From NCBI GenBank assembly GCA_000004695.1, contig CM000154.2:2656001-2720000 (forward strand): a stretch of 64,000 nt of DNA, in the 5' to 3' direction. Every line of letters starts with the position of its first letter. Within the stretch, counting starts at the first letter, position 1. The stretch comes from Dictyostelium discoideum. Its lineage: Eukaryota. A model generated the notes under the pieces. The model was not told where the DNA came from and made no database searches. It saw nothing but the letters and a program-made list of their open reading frames with translations. This document shows positions 1 through 14,442 of the stretch, in pieces. Made by a program: the position numbers and the translations under genes.

Positions 1-521
1 CAATATTACAAATTTTATTTTTACTTTTATTAATTTTAATTTTGATTTAATGTTTTTATTTTTAATAATGTTTTTTTTTTTTTTAAATTAAGATCGAAAT
101 TAAATTCGATTAATTTTTGCATTTCGTTTTTTTAAAAAAAAAATAATCGGCGATTTGGTTTAAAAATAAAATTTTGATTTACTTTTTAATTTAATTATTG
201 GGACAAGTATTTTATTTTTTATAAAATGGGTTCATTTTTATTGACTTTACCCATAAATAATTATTTTCATTTTCCATAAAAAAAAAAAAAAAAAAAAAAA
301 AAAACCATTTTAATTTTTTAATTAAATCAATTAATTTAGTCAAATATTAATTTTCAATTTTTTAATTTTTATTTTATTTTTTTTTTTTTCTTTTTTTTTT
401 TTTTTTTATGGAATTTTACAAAAAAAAAAAAAAAAAAAAAAAGCAAAAAATATACCCCAAAATCATTATATATATATAAAAGAAATATTGAATATATGTA
501 TATATATTTATATATATACAT

Positions 522-721
522 ATGATGGATAAAATCAATTTAAATAATAAAAATGAAAGCGAAGATGAAGATAAGAGAGATGGTTCAAAGTATAAAAAAT
601 ATCAAAAACTAAATGATAGTGGAAATGAAATTCAACAAAATGAAATTGAAAATAAACATAAAAATGAAATTAAATTAGAAAATAATAATATCGACAATAA
701 TATCGACAATAATAATAATAA

Positions 722-807
<86 letters not shown>

Positions 808-1603
808 GTAATAATAAAAACAATAAGACTCAGAATGAAAAAGAAAATGAAGAGGAGGAGGAGGAGGAAGAAGGATCAATCAGAGATGATATAAAAGATA
901 TAAAATTATCAAATAATGTTAAAGAAATTGAAAGTAATAACATAAATAATGATAAAAAACAACAAGACCAACAAATAGAAAAAACAATAAACAAATTTAG
1001 TACTACCACTAATAAAGAAGAAACTAAAGAATCAATAATATCATTTGGCTCAACAATAAAAAAACAAATGTCACCTCCTTCAACTTTACCACAAAATTCA
1101 ACGTCCACCACCAACACAACAAAAGTAACCAACAATAAGAGACCAATATTATTCAGTAGTAGTTCATACTCTGATGATGACGACGATGATGTATATCCAC
1201 CTCATACTTATAACATAGATCAATATGATGATTCAGAAGATGAAGATCGTCGTCATAATGATGACTCTGATGATGATTATAGAAATATTAGAAATCAAAG
1301 TGGTATTAATAATAATAATAATAATAATAGTAAAAATAATAATAATAACAATAGTAGTAATAATAATAACAATTATAATAGTGGAAGTAGTAGTAGTAGA
1401 GGAAATACCAGTAGAATTAATACTAATCGTTATTATAGTCATAAAAGACCATTAAAAAGATTTGAACATGATGATGACTCTATTGAGAGTACAATTAAAA
1501 ATTTTAATATAAATGAATCAATAATTGAACCACTACCTTTAAATACTATTAAATCTATAGAGGAGTTTAATTTAAAGGATGACTCAACACCAACTACTAA
1601 TAC

Positions 1604-1656
<53 letters not shown>

Positions 1657-1840
1657 TTGATGATAGTACTAATAATGATGATTCAAATAATACTAATAAT
1701 AATAAAAATAATAAAAATAATAATGATGAAAACGAAGATAAGGATAAAAGTAATAATGGCAAAAATAATGTTTACACAGATAAACAAACCAAAGAATATA
1801 TTTCACATCTATCAACTTCTCCAAAATCAACAATACCGTC

Positions 1841-1885
<45 letters not shown>

Positions 1886-3517
1886 TACCAACAATATACC
1901 AACAGCAGCAGAGAATCAAATTAAAAAGAAAAATAACAATAATAATATCAATAGTAACAACAATACAAACAGTAATACTATTAATAATTCCTTTAGTTCA
2001 AACCTAAAAATTAATAAAACTCCAATCAATACACATAAAACACAATCATCTAAATTCTCACTTACCCCATCATTTTTAGCCAACAACAACAACATCAACA
2101 GCAACAACAACAACAGCAACAACAATAATAATAATATTAATAACAACACTATTAATAACAATAGTTATGGTAGTTATAATTCTGGTTATTCAAGTAGTTC
2201 TTTTAATATAGCTAGTAATAACACTTTTAAGTACAATAGTACTGGTGGTGGTGTTGGCAGCGGTAATATTAGTGCCACTAACGTCAATACCAATATTGGT
2301 ACTATTAATAGTCTCAATAGTAATAATTTAATTAATTCAGCATCAATAAATAGTCCTATGGCATTCAGTCAACCAACCATATTGTATCCAAATTATTTTC
2401 CAACACCAATGGCACCATATGACCCAAATCAATTTTATTTACAATATTCAAACTTTATGAACCAACAATTCATACAGCAACACCAACAACAGTTTCAATA
2501 TCAGTATCATCATCAAGCCCAACAACAACAACAATATCAATATCAAGCCCAACAGCAACAACAACAACAACAACAACAACAACTTCAACAACAGCAAAAA
2601 CAAATTCAACAATCAAAACAACAACAAGCTCAACAACAAGCCCAACAACAACAACAAGCCCATCAACAAGTCCAACAACAAGCACAACAACAATCACAAC
2701 CACAAAAACAACAATCACAACAACAATCACAACAACAACAACAACAAGCACAACAACAATCACAACAACAAATTAATCAAGAAATTTTGGAACAACAACA
2801 AGATCAAGAATTAGTACCCTATTCAAGAATATTTATAATCTGTAATAAGAGTATAACTGAAAAGAATTTAGAGGATTGTTTTAAGGTTTATGGTTCAATT
2901 GAATCATGTAGGATTGTAATTGATAAGGATACCAATGAATCAAAAGGATATGCATATATAAAGTATACAAAAACTTCATCTGCAGCATTAGCAATTGAAG
3001 AAATGAATGGTAAAATATTAGAAATGGATTCAAGTTGTTCACCAATTAGAGTATTGATAGCCGAAGCAAAGGGTACAAAAACTAAACCATTACTTTCTTC
3101 TGATCCAGAAGATCATCCACCAAATTCACGTTTATTCGTGGTTTGTAATAAATCATTAACTGAACAAGAGTTGAAAAATAAATTCAAAGAGTTTGGTAAT
3201 TTAGAAAATGTTAGATTAATTCGTGAAAAGAGTACAAATGATTCAAAGGGTTGTGCTTTCATTAAGTTTTCAAAAGCATCAACTGCTGCAATCGCAATGG
3301 AATCAATCAATATCTCAAATACTGGTGAAGAATATCCATTAAAAGTTTTCATTGCTCAACCTAAAGTTAAATATAATAAATCAAATCAACCAACCGGAGC
3401 AAATACAACAACAACTACTACCACCACTAATACTAATACTAATAATAATAATAATAATAATAATAATAGTACAAATTTAAATCAATCAAAAGTACCAACA
3501 ACAACAACAACTAATAC

Positions 3518-3555
<38 letters not shown>

Positions 3556-4004
3556 GTACAAATTTAAATCAATCAAAAGTACCAACAAATGAATCTTCAT
3601 CAACACTTACAGCATCTAATGACACAATAATTAAAAATTTTAGAAGTTTTGAAATTGATAGGTCACCTACAATAAAAAAAAATAAAGAAAAAGAAATTAT
3701 TAAAAACAATCATGACAATGACAATGAAAATGAAAATAAAAATGAAAATGAAAAGGAAAATGACAACCAAAATGAAAAGGAAAATGAGAATGAAAATGAA
3801 AATAAAAATAAAAATGAAAATAAAAATGAAAATGAAATAAAAAATGAAAATGAAAATGAAAATGAAAATGAAAATGAAAATGAAAATGAAAATGAAAATG
3901 AAAATAAAAATGAAAATGAAAATGAAAAAGAAAATGAAAATGAAAATAAAAATAAAAATGAAAATGTAAATGAAAATAAAAATGAACAAGAGGAAGAAAA
4001 AGAA

Positions 4005-4083
<79 letters not shown>

Positions 4084-5111
4084 GAAAACAAAAAAATATT
4101 TCTGAACAAAAAGATAATCCTAAAAATGAATTATTAATTGGAATTGAAAATAAAGAAAAGAAAATAATTGTAAATAGTAATTTAGAGAATGACCAAGATG
4201 AAAATAGTATAGTTGGTAATCTTAGTTCAATTTCAGAGGTTTTACCAGTAAGTTATGTTGATTATCCAAATCCTTATGCTTTACCTGTTTCTCGTCAAAG
4301 ATTATTTGTGGTTTGTCATAAATCAATTTCACAAGAGAATCTTTATCGTTTATTCTCTCGTTATCCTGGTATGGAATATTGTGATTTGAAAAAAGATAAA
4401 AACACAGGAAAATCAAAGGGTTTTGCTTATGTTAACTATAGTAGTCCTCAAGCTGCTCTTTTAGCAAAAAATGATTTAAATGGAATTAAATATCCAACTA
4501 GTCATACTTTAAAAGTTGTTTTCGCTGAACCATTAGGTATAAAACAGATTAATAATAACTTTAATAATAATTTACTTCCACCAACCCAAATTTTCCCACA
4601 AAAACCAACTCAACTTTTACAAAATACAAATAATAATTATAATAATATTAATAATAATAATAATATTAATAATAATAATAAAAATAATAATAATAATGTA
4701 GTAAAAACTCAAAATAATAATATTATTCAAAATAATATTAATAATAATAATAATAAAAACTTGAATAATAACATTGGTAATAATGACAAAAATGATGATA
4801 ATAATAAATTAAACAAAAATGATAATATAAATAAAAATTATAATAACAATAATAATGAAAATGATACCAATAATAGTGAAGATGAAAATGTTGGTAATAA
4901 TACTAGTAGTGATACAGATAGCAATGAAAAAGTTAATGAAAATCAAGATGGGAATGAAAGTTTTGAAAATGAAGAAATAGATAGTAATGATGGTGAAAGT
5001 AATGAAGATGGTGATCATTTAGTATCCTCCATTCAAAATAGTTTTGCGCAAATGCCTTCAATTAAAAGAAATAGTAATGATGCTAGAAAGAGACAAAAAA
5101 TAAATATTTAA
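522..5111 (+). CDS. RNA-binding protein with three RRM domains embedded in long poly-Asn/poly-Gln/poly-Ser low-complexity regions (single exon, 1529 aa)
   Basis: Uninterrupted ORF from ATG 522. Three RRM units with RNP-1 octamers KGYAYIKY, KGCAFIKF and KGFAYVNY, each preceded by an RLFVVC.KS.T RNP-2-like motif. Contains (AAT)n, (CAA)n, (TCA)n and (GAAAAT)n codon repeats. Minus-strand ORFs inside this span are antisense artifacts. Confidence 0.8.
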
Positions 5112-5165
5112 ATAAACAGGAGTGTTTATATCACTTTTTTTATTATTTTTTTTTTTTAATCAAAT

Positions 5166-5206
<41 letters not shown>

Positions 5207-5386
5207 TATTAAAAAAAAGAAAATACCGATTCAATCAAATCAATTTTTTGATATTTTAAAATATTTTTTTATATATTCACTCTCAAAATAAAAAAAACAA
5301 TTAAAATAAAATGAAAAAAAAAAAAAAAAAAAAAAAAAAATGAAATTATTATTTGAGGCAGGTAAAATTACCCAATTTTGTGAAAA

Positions 5387-5423
<37 letters not shown>

Positions 5424-5516
5424 ACCCAAAAATTAAAATTTTCATTTTTTTTTTTTTAGTTTCATGTGTATTTATAACATCAAATTCATTCCCAATAATA
5501 ATAATAATAATAAATA

Positions 5517-5634
5517 ATGGATCTTATAACTCAGTTACAGGATAAATTAGATCATTTATTATATGTTTTTGGCACATGCATTGGTGTTTTACAACGTGAT
5601 GCACCTCCTTCATTCTTCAATAATCCTCAAAACC

Positions 5635-5699
<65 letters not shown>

Positions 5700-5746
5700 A
5701 ACCCCCAAACACAACAACAATTACCACCACCACCACCACCACCACC

Positions 5747-5812
<66 letters not shown>

Positions 5813-6195
5813 GCAGCAACCACAACCAACAGAAGAATGGGACGCACCCTCAAAAATGGCGTTGCAAGTTATTGAGACATCAAAAGTTATTGAGTCTTAT
5901 ATTGAAAAGTTACCAGGTTTTGATAAAACAGAGGATCAACAATATGAGGATCTTAAAAATTTAAATACACAATCAAAACAAGTTTCAAATGAATTGTTAT
6001 CATCTAGAAGAGATGCCAGTAAGTTTTAACATATTAAAAAAAAAAAAATAAAAAAAAAAAAATAATAATAATAATATTAATTTTTTTTTTTTTGTATAAT
6101 TAGTCGAATTATTAAAAATGGTTAAAGAATCAATTTTATATATATCAGAAGAATCTAAAAATGAAGAAATTGATCAACAACCAATGCAACAGTAA
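5517..6195 (+). CDS. med21: Mediator complex subunit 21 (Med21/Srb7); exons 5517..6018 and 6104..6195, intron 6019..6103 (GTAAGT...TAG)
   Basis: N-terminus MDLITQLQDKLDHLLYVFGTCIGVLQ matches the conserved Med21 start (human [27 protein letters not shown]). It carries an inserted Q22-P8-Q25 tract. A canonical GTAAGT donor sits right after ..RRDA. The frame then continues through ELLKMVKESILYISEESKNEEIDQQPMQQ to a stop. Confidence 0.7.
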
Positions 6196-6259
6196 TACCA
6201 AAAAAAAAAAAAAAAAAAAAAAAAAAGGTGTCATTTATTATTTCAACCCGCGAAAATTT

Positions 6260-6299
<40 letters not shown>

Positions 6300-6530
6300 A
6301 CTTTTCTTTTAATTTTCAAACTTATTCACACATGTACATATAAAACAAAAAAAAAAAAAACAAATAACAAAATAAAACAAATAATAATAATAAAAACAAA
6401 ACAAACTATATAATTTATTTATTTATAAAATAATAATAATAATAAAAATTACACATAAATTGTATACCCCTAAAATATATTTTAAAATTTAAAAAAAAAA
6501 TAAAAAAAAAACAAAAAAATTATTTAAAGA

Positions 6531-6994
6531 ATGAGTCAACTTCAAGCAGATAGTTTACCACAATTAACAGATGTAGATAAAATTCTATCAAATTGTGAAA
6601 AACTTAAAAAGTTAATGGAAAAACATGAACAAAGTATAAAACAGGCAGCATTAAGTTTAGCAAATGTTTTAGGTGATGACCCAAACAATAAAGATATAAT
6701 GGATAATATTGACAAATCTTTTCTCACAACAATAGCATTAGAAGATGCAGTCATTACATACAGTAGAAATGCTGCAAATTTAAAAAGTCATGTAGAAAGA
6801 GCGGTACGATCTATTCAAAATAATAATGATAATAATGCATCTCAACCTATAACAAACTTCTCCTCCTCCAATATTACCACTACTACTCCTACTTCCACCA
6901 CTTCTACTATTAATACTACTACTACTACTACTATTAATAATACTACCAATTCAGAAGATAATCAAGATGTATAGTATTAATGTGAGAGAAGGGA

Positions 6995-7040
<46 letters not shown>

Positions 7041-7623
7041 GAGAGAGTGATAGAAAGAAAAAAAAAAATTTTGCATAATATAAATTTTACTAACTTTTTA
7101 TTTTATTTTTTTATTTATTATTTTTTTTAATTTATTATAGACAAGAGGTAATTTAAATTCACAAGATAGAATTGGATTAGGAGAGAATTTAGCAGATAAA
7201 TATTTAAAAGATGATTATAAGAAACCATTAAATTTAGAGAGATCAAAGACAAGTGTAAAATATAATAATTTAAAAAGAGAGGTACATAGTGTAAATCATT
7301 CTACACCATTGGATGGATTAAATGATGAAGATGAAGATTTGGTTGTAGCATCTCAAACTATTAGTATTATATGTCCATTATCACAGGCAACTTTAGTTGA
7401 ACCAGTTAGAGCTGAACAGTGTTTGCATGTTTTCTCTAAAGCTATCATATTTCAAATGTTTAAAAACTCTGCTCAAATTCCATGTCCAATAGCTGGTTGT
7501 GGTCGTCAAATTGCTAAAACTCAATTAAAGAGAGCAATAGATGTTGAAGAAACTGTTAAAAAAGAACTTAGGAGAAAAGAAAATCAACAAAGAAGAAATG
7601 ATGATGATATTACTGAAGTATAA
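6531..7623 (+). CDS. Nse2/Mms21-type SP-RING E3 SUMO ligase (SMC5/6 complex subunit); exons 6531..6968 and 7141..7623
   Basis: The C-terminal exon has the SP-RING pattern CPLS...L..PV....C.HVF.K..I........CP..GC. The N-terminal exon is a helical arm-like region. The intron 6969..7140 (GTATAG...TAG) is required because an in-frame TAG follows at 6972. Alternative phase-0 donors exist at GTAGAA and GTACGA further upstream, so the junction is less certain than the gene itself. Confidence 0.65.
6998..7037. repeat. (GA)n microsatellite of about 20 units inside the nse2 intron
   Basis: Pure gagagaga... run; a rare purine/pyrimidine-asymmetric, GC-containing tract in an otherwise AT-rich intron. 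Confidence 0.9.
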
Positions 7624-8171
7624 TTTAATTTCAATTTAATAATTTATTAAAAATAAATAAAAATAAAAATAAAATAAAAAAATAAAAAAAAAAAAAAAAA
7701 AAGTAATTCAAAAATAGATTGTTATTTTCCAAAAAAAAAAAAAAATAAAAAAAAAAAATAAATATGGATAATTTTGATCACTCCAACTTTTATTTTGTTT
7801 TATTTTATTTATTTTTTATTTATTTTTTATTTTATTTTATTTTATTTTATTTTATTTTATTTTATTTTGGATGATTCAGAAGCGGGTGTAATTCATGTGT
7901 CAGCCCCTTATTATTTTTTATTATTTTCCTTTTTTTTTTCATTTTTTTTTTTATTTTTTTTATTTTTTTTTCATTTTTTTTTTTTATTATTTTTTTTTTT
8001 TTTTAATAAATTAAAAAAAAAATAAAAAAAAAAAAAAAAAAGTTATTGTCATTATCATTATTAATTGAACATACAATCAAATAAAATTTAAAAAAAATAA
8101 AAATAAAAATAAAAATAAAAATAAAAAATCAAATATATTTTATATAAAAATATATTTTATATAAAATTTAA

Positions 8172-10540
<2,369 letters not shown>

Positions 10541-10651
10541 ATAATTAAAATAAAATAATTAAAATTATAATTAATAATTAATAATAATAAATTATAAATT
10601 ATATTAAATTTATAAAATCATAATAAATTTGTGTTTTTTATGGACTTTTAC

Positions 10652-10685
<34 letters not shown>

Positions 10686-10969
10686 CATTTTCATATTTTC
10701 ATGAAGTTAGTGTTTTTTTCATGAATTTTAAATAATTAATTTCATTTTTCCCCAAACCTTTTTCATTTATTTTTAAATTTTTTTTTTTTTCACTTTATTT
10801 TTTTTTTCAAAAATTTTTTTTTTTTTTTTTACTTTCATAATTATAACCATCATATCTATCTCTCTCTTTTTTTTTATTTCTTTTCGTTTATTTATAACCA
10901 TACTTGTATATATATATATTATTCAATAAATATAATTATAGATTATTATACAAATATAAAAGAGAGATA

Positions 10970-11680
10970 ATGTCAAAACCAAATAAATATGGATTAAAGG
11001 TGGGGTTTGGAAAATTTCCAGGCTACCCAATTTGGCCGTGTAGAACAGCCATTGAAACTGAAGTTGGACCTGAAGTATTAAAATCAAAAAAAGAAAATAC
11101 AATTTTAGTCTACTTTTTTGGTAGTAAAGATTAGTATGTAGAATAACATCCCACCCACCCACCACATACAAAATATATAAATAAAATCTAATATTGATAT
11201 ATATATATATATATATATATATAATTCAGTGCATATATAAAAGATTCAAGCTTTTATGAATATTCAAAAGAGAATATAGAAAAATACTCTGGGCAAAAAT
11301 TAAAACTTCATACTAGAGGTCTTCAAGAAATTGAAGAGTATAATAAAAATCCAACACCATCACCAGTATTTAAAGAGAAATCAAAAAAATCTTCACCAGC
11401 TTTATCATCAACTTCATCTTCATCTTCGTCAAAACCTACAACAACAACAAAGAATAGTAGTAGTGGTGGTAAAACTAATAGTAATAATAAAAATAATAAA
11501 AATAATAAAAATGAAGAAAATAATGATGAAGATTCATATTCATCATATTCAGATTCATCATCACATCCATCAAGCTGCTCAACTTGTTCAAGTCATAGTA
11601 CTAATTGCAGTACTTGTAGTGATGGAGAGAGTGGTGATGATGATGAACGTTCTGCTGCTGCAATTAATAAAAAATTAAAA

Positions 11681-11765
<85 letters not shown>

Positions 11766-12322
11766 CATCATCAAAAGTTCAAAATTCAAAAGATACAAAA
11801 TCATCATCATCATCATCATCAAATAAATCAACATCATCATCTTCTTCTAAATCGACATCAACTTCAACTAAAGATTCAAAATCAAAATCAAACGATACAA
11901 AAACTAAAGATACAAAAGATACAAAAGATACAAAAGATAATAAAGAAATAACAAAAGATAAAGTAAATAAAGATAGTAAAGAAACAGCAAAAACTAAAGA
12001 TAGTAAAGATAGCAAAGATAGTAAAGATAGCAAAGATAGTAAAGATAGTAAAGATTCTTCTAAAAAAACGACACCGACAACAACAACAACAACAACAACA
12101 ACAACTAATACAACCAATTCAAAAACGTCAAAGGCATCTTCAAATAGTAAATCAAGTAACAATACCAATGGAGTATCAAACAATGGTAGTGAAACAAGTA
12201 AAAAGGTTTCAAAAACTAAAACAGATAAACCATTATCAGTAGAACAAAAAAGAAAAGAGTTTAGAGATAAAATTAAAAGAAAAATTGGTATACTTTCACC
12301 TATTGTCGTTCCTGATCAGTAA
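10970..12322 (+). CDS. PWWP-domain protein with Ser/Thr/Lys-rich tail, poly-Gln and (DSK)n repeats; exons 10970..11133 and 11230..12322
   Basis: The N-terminus MSKPNKYGLKVGFGKFPGYPIWPCRTAIE...ILVYFFGSKDY(AYIKDSSFYEY) matches the PWWP consensus. Exon 1 ends ..GATTA followed by GTATGT, so the unspliced reading gives TAG. Intron is 11134..11229 with (TA)n and a CAG acceptor. Exon 2 is open for 363 codons to TAA 12320..12322. It contains (CAA)27 and an 18-nt (GATAGTAAAGATAGCAAA)n repeat. Confidence 0.7.
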
Positions 12323-12660
12323 ATAAATAAATAACTTTTGCTAATAACAATAACAACAACAACAACAACAACACATAATATCGCATTTTTTTTTTTTTTT
12401 TTTGTTATTTTATTTGTTTATTTATTATTTTCTTTAATTATACCAGACTTGTTATTATTTATATCATATCTATAATTTTGTATCTTTTTTTATTTTTCCC
12501 AAATTGTAATTGTTATTTAAAACTTGAAATAAATATATATATATGAATGACTCCTTTATTTTGAAAAGGAGTGCTTGTTTATTTATTCTATTTTTTTTTT
12601 TTTTTTATTTTTATTTTTTATTTTTTTTTTACTATAATGAATATTTTATTTTATTTTATT

Positions 12661-13007
12661 TTATTTAAAATTTGAGGATATTATTAAAATTATAGAAAGT
12701 AATAAAAATACAAATATTAAAAGGTTATTGTGTTTTAAAGTATTTGAATCACTTGAACCTGAACCATATCCTCTATAGAATTCTGGATCACCAAATAGAT
12801 AATGAGAGGAATAATTATATTCTGGATCATACATTAATCCAATTGATAATGAATTATTTGATATTAATGTTTCACCTGTTTGATAAAGTGTTAAAACAAA
12901 TTTTAAAAGGTCACATTTTAAACATGCGAAATTTAAATAACAATATTCATTTCTATAAACAGTTAATACATCTGGAGTTGTATCGATTGATAAATTCTTT
13001 CTAAAAT

Positions 13008-13038
<31 letters not shown>

Positions 13039-13135
13039 ATAATTAAATATTATTTTTATTATTTTTATTGGTATTTAATTATAAATAATAATAATAATAA
13101 TAAAAAAAAAAAAATAAAAAAAATGATTAGAAAAT

Positions 13136-13171
<36 letters not shown>

Positions 13172-13588
13172 TAATAATTAATATTCTTACCCTTCAGAAA
13201 CAACACAATATTTACTTTCTAAATAATTTAATTTTTGATAAACTAATTTTTCACCATTTATACATTGATTAATTTTGAAATAAGTTTTACAAGATGTTGA
13301 TGAACAATTCTTGGGATACCATGCACATGGAGAATCTGGAAAATTTATATTATCTAACTCTGAGGCATTACAATTTAATGTTCTGTATCCATCATCCCAT
13401 ATAAATAAAAAATCACTTTTAACTGGTGATCCAAATAATACTCTATGAATTTTAACTTCACCAGTACAATCTAATGTATCAAAATTTTGGATCATATAAA
13501 CTTTTGGGTTATAATATCCGAAAATATTAAAAACTCCAAAATTTAATATTAATAATAATATTATTATTAAATTGTTTTTTAAAATCAT
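12661..13588 (-). CDS. Small secreted Cys-containing protein with a predicted C-terminal GPI-anchor signal (possibly ponticulin-like); exons 13588..13191 and 13000..12661
   Basis: Signal peptide MILKNNLIIILLLILNFGVFNIFG. Exon 1 ends ..SEG(G) at a GTAAGA donor. Acceptor is TTTTAG, and phase 2 is consistent. Exon 2 ends ..GYGSGSSDSNTLKHNNLLIFVFLLLSIILIISSNFK, a small-residue omega region followed by a hydrophobic tail, typical of GPI attachment. The plus ORF 12744..13004 is antisense. Confidence 0.55.
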
Positions 13589-14442
13589 TTTTTTTTTTTT
13601 TTTTTTTTTTTTAATAAAATAAAATAAAATGAAATGAAATTAAATGATAATATTTTAAAAAATAAATTAAATTAAATTAGATTTTGAAAAAAAAAAAAAA
13701 AAAAAAAATATCTATTTGATTTATTTTTAATTTTAATCTTTTTATTTTATGGTAATAAAACTATTATTATTTTTATTATTATTATTATTATTATTAGTTT
13801 TGGGTGATTTTTACGGTTTTTCTTATTTAAATAATATAACATAAAAAATTCAATAAAAAAAAAAATAATGTTAATAATAAAAAAAATTAAAAAATACAGG
13901 AAAAAAATAAAAATTAATTAAAATATAATAAAAAAAAAATAAAAAAATAAATTTTATTTAAAATAATCAGATCTATATCAAAAAAAAAAAAAAAAACTTT
14001 TTCTTTTTGGTATTGATACTACATAACATTTTTTTAAAAATTTTTAATTTCTTGTTTTACATTGGTATACTACAGGTCTGTGTGTTTGTTTTTTTTTTTT
14101 TTTTTTTTTTTTGATTTATGAAAAGGTGTTTTCTCACCCATTTTGTTTTATTTTTATTTTAATTTTTTATTTTTATTTTTATTTTATAGTGGTGTAAAAA
14201 TGAAACTGATATATATATATTTCAATTTTAATTTTTTATATGTGGGTTGAAAAAGTGTTTAAAAAAAAATAAATTTACAAACGTTGATGGATTTTTTTTT
14301 TTTTTTTTTTCAATTTTAATTTTAATTTTTGATTTTTTTCACTGAAACCTTTTGTCCCACTTAAGATTTCTTTTTTTTTTTTTTTTGATTTTTTGATTTT
14401 TTTTTTTTTTTTTTTAAGCAATACTAAAAAAAAAAAAAAAAA

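Noticed and set aside
248-257. ACCCATAA motif resembling the Dictyostelium upstream sequence element (DUSE) of Pol III/snRNA-type ncRNA genes
   Set aside because: Nothing resembling a structured ncRNA (snRNA, SRP RNA or class I RNA) follows within 50-80 nt downstream. The sequence there is pure AT homopolymer. The match is probably a chance 8-mer.
632-4109. Minus-strand ORFs 632..823, 670..879, 1439..1762, 2470..2763 and 3663..4109, consisting of poly-L, poly-Y, poly-V or poly-I(F) runs
   Set aside because: They are reverse-complement readings of the (AAT)n, (CAA)n and (GAAAAT)n codon repeats of the plus-strand RRM gene. They have no complexity and no independent start context.
10904-10969. 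Upstream extension of the PWWP ORF (MYIYILFNKYNYRLLYKYKREI) given by the ORF track
   Set aside because: It is AT-rich low-complexity sequence in frame by chance. The conserved PWWP domain begins at the ATG at 10970 (MSKPNKYGLKVGF...), which is taken as the start.
12744-13004. Plus ORF of 86 aa (MNHLNLNHILYRIL...)
   Set aside because: It lies antisense to exon 2 of the GPI-anchored protein gene. It has no recognisable motif, and the minus frame is supported by splice-phase continuity.
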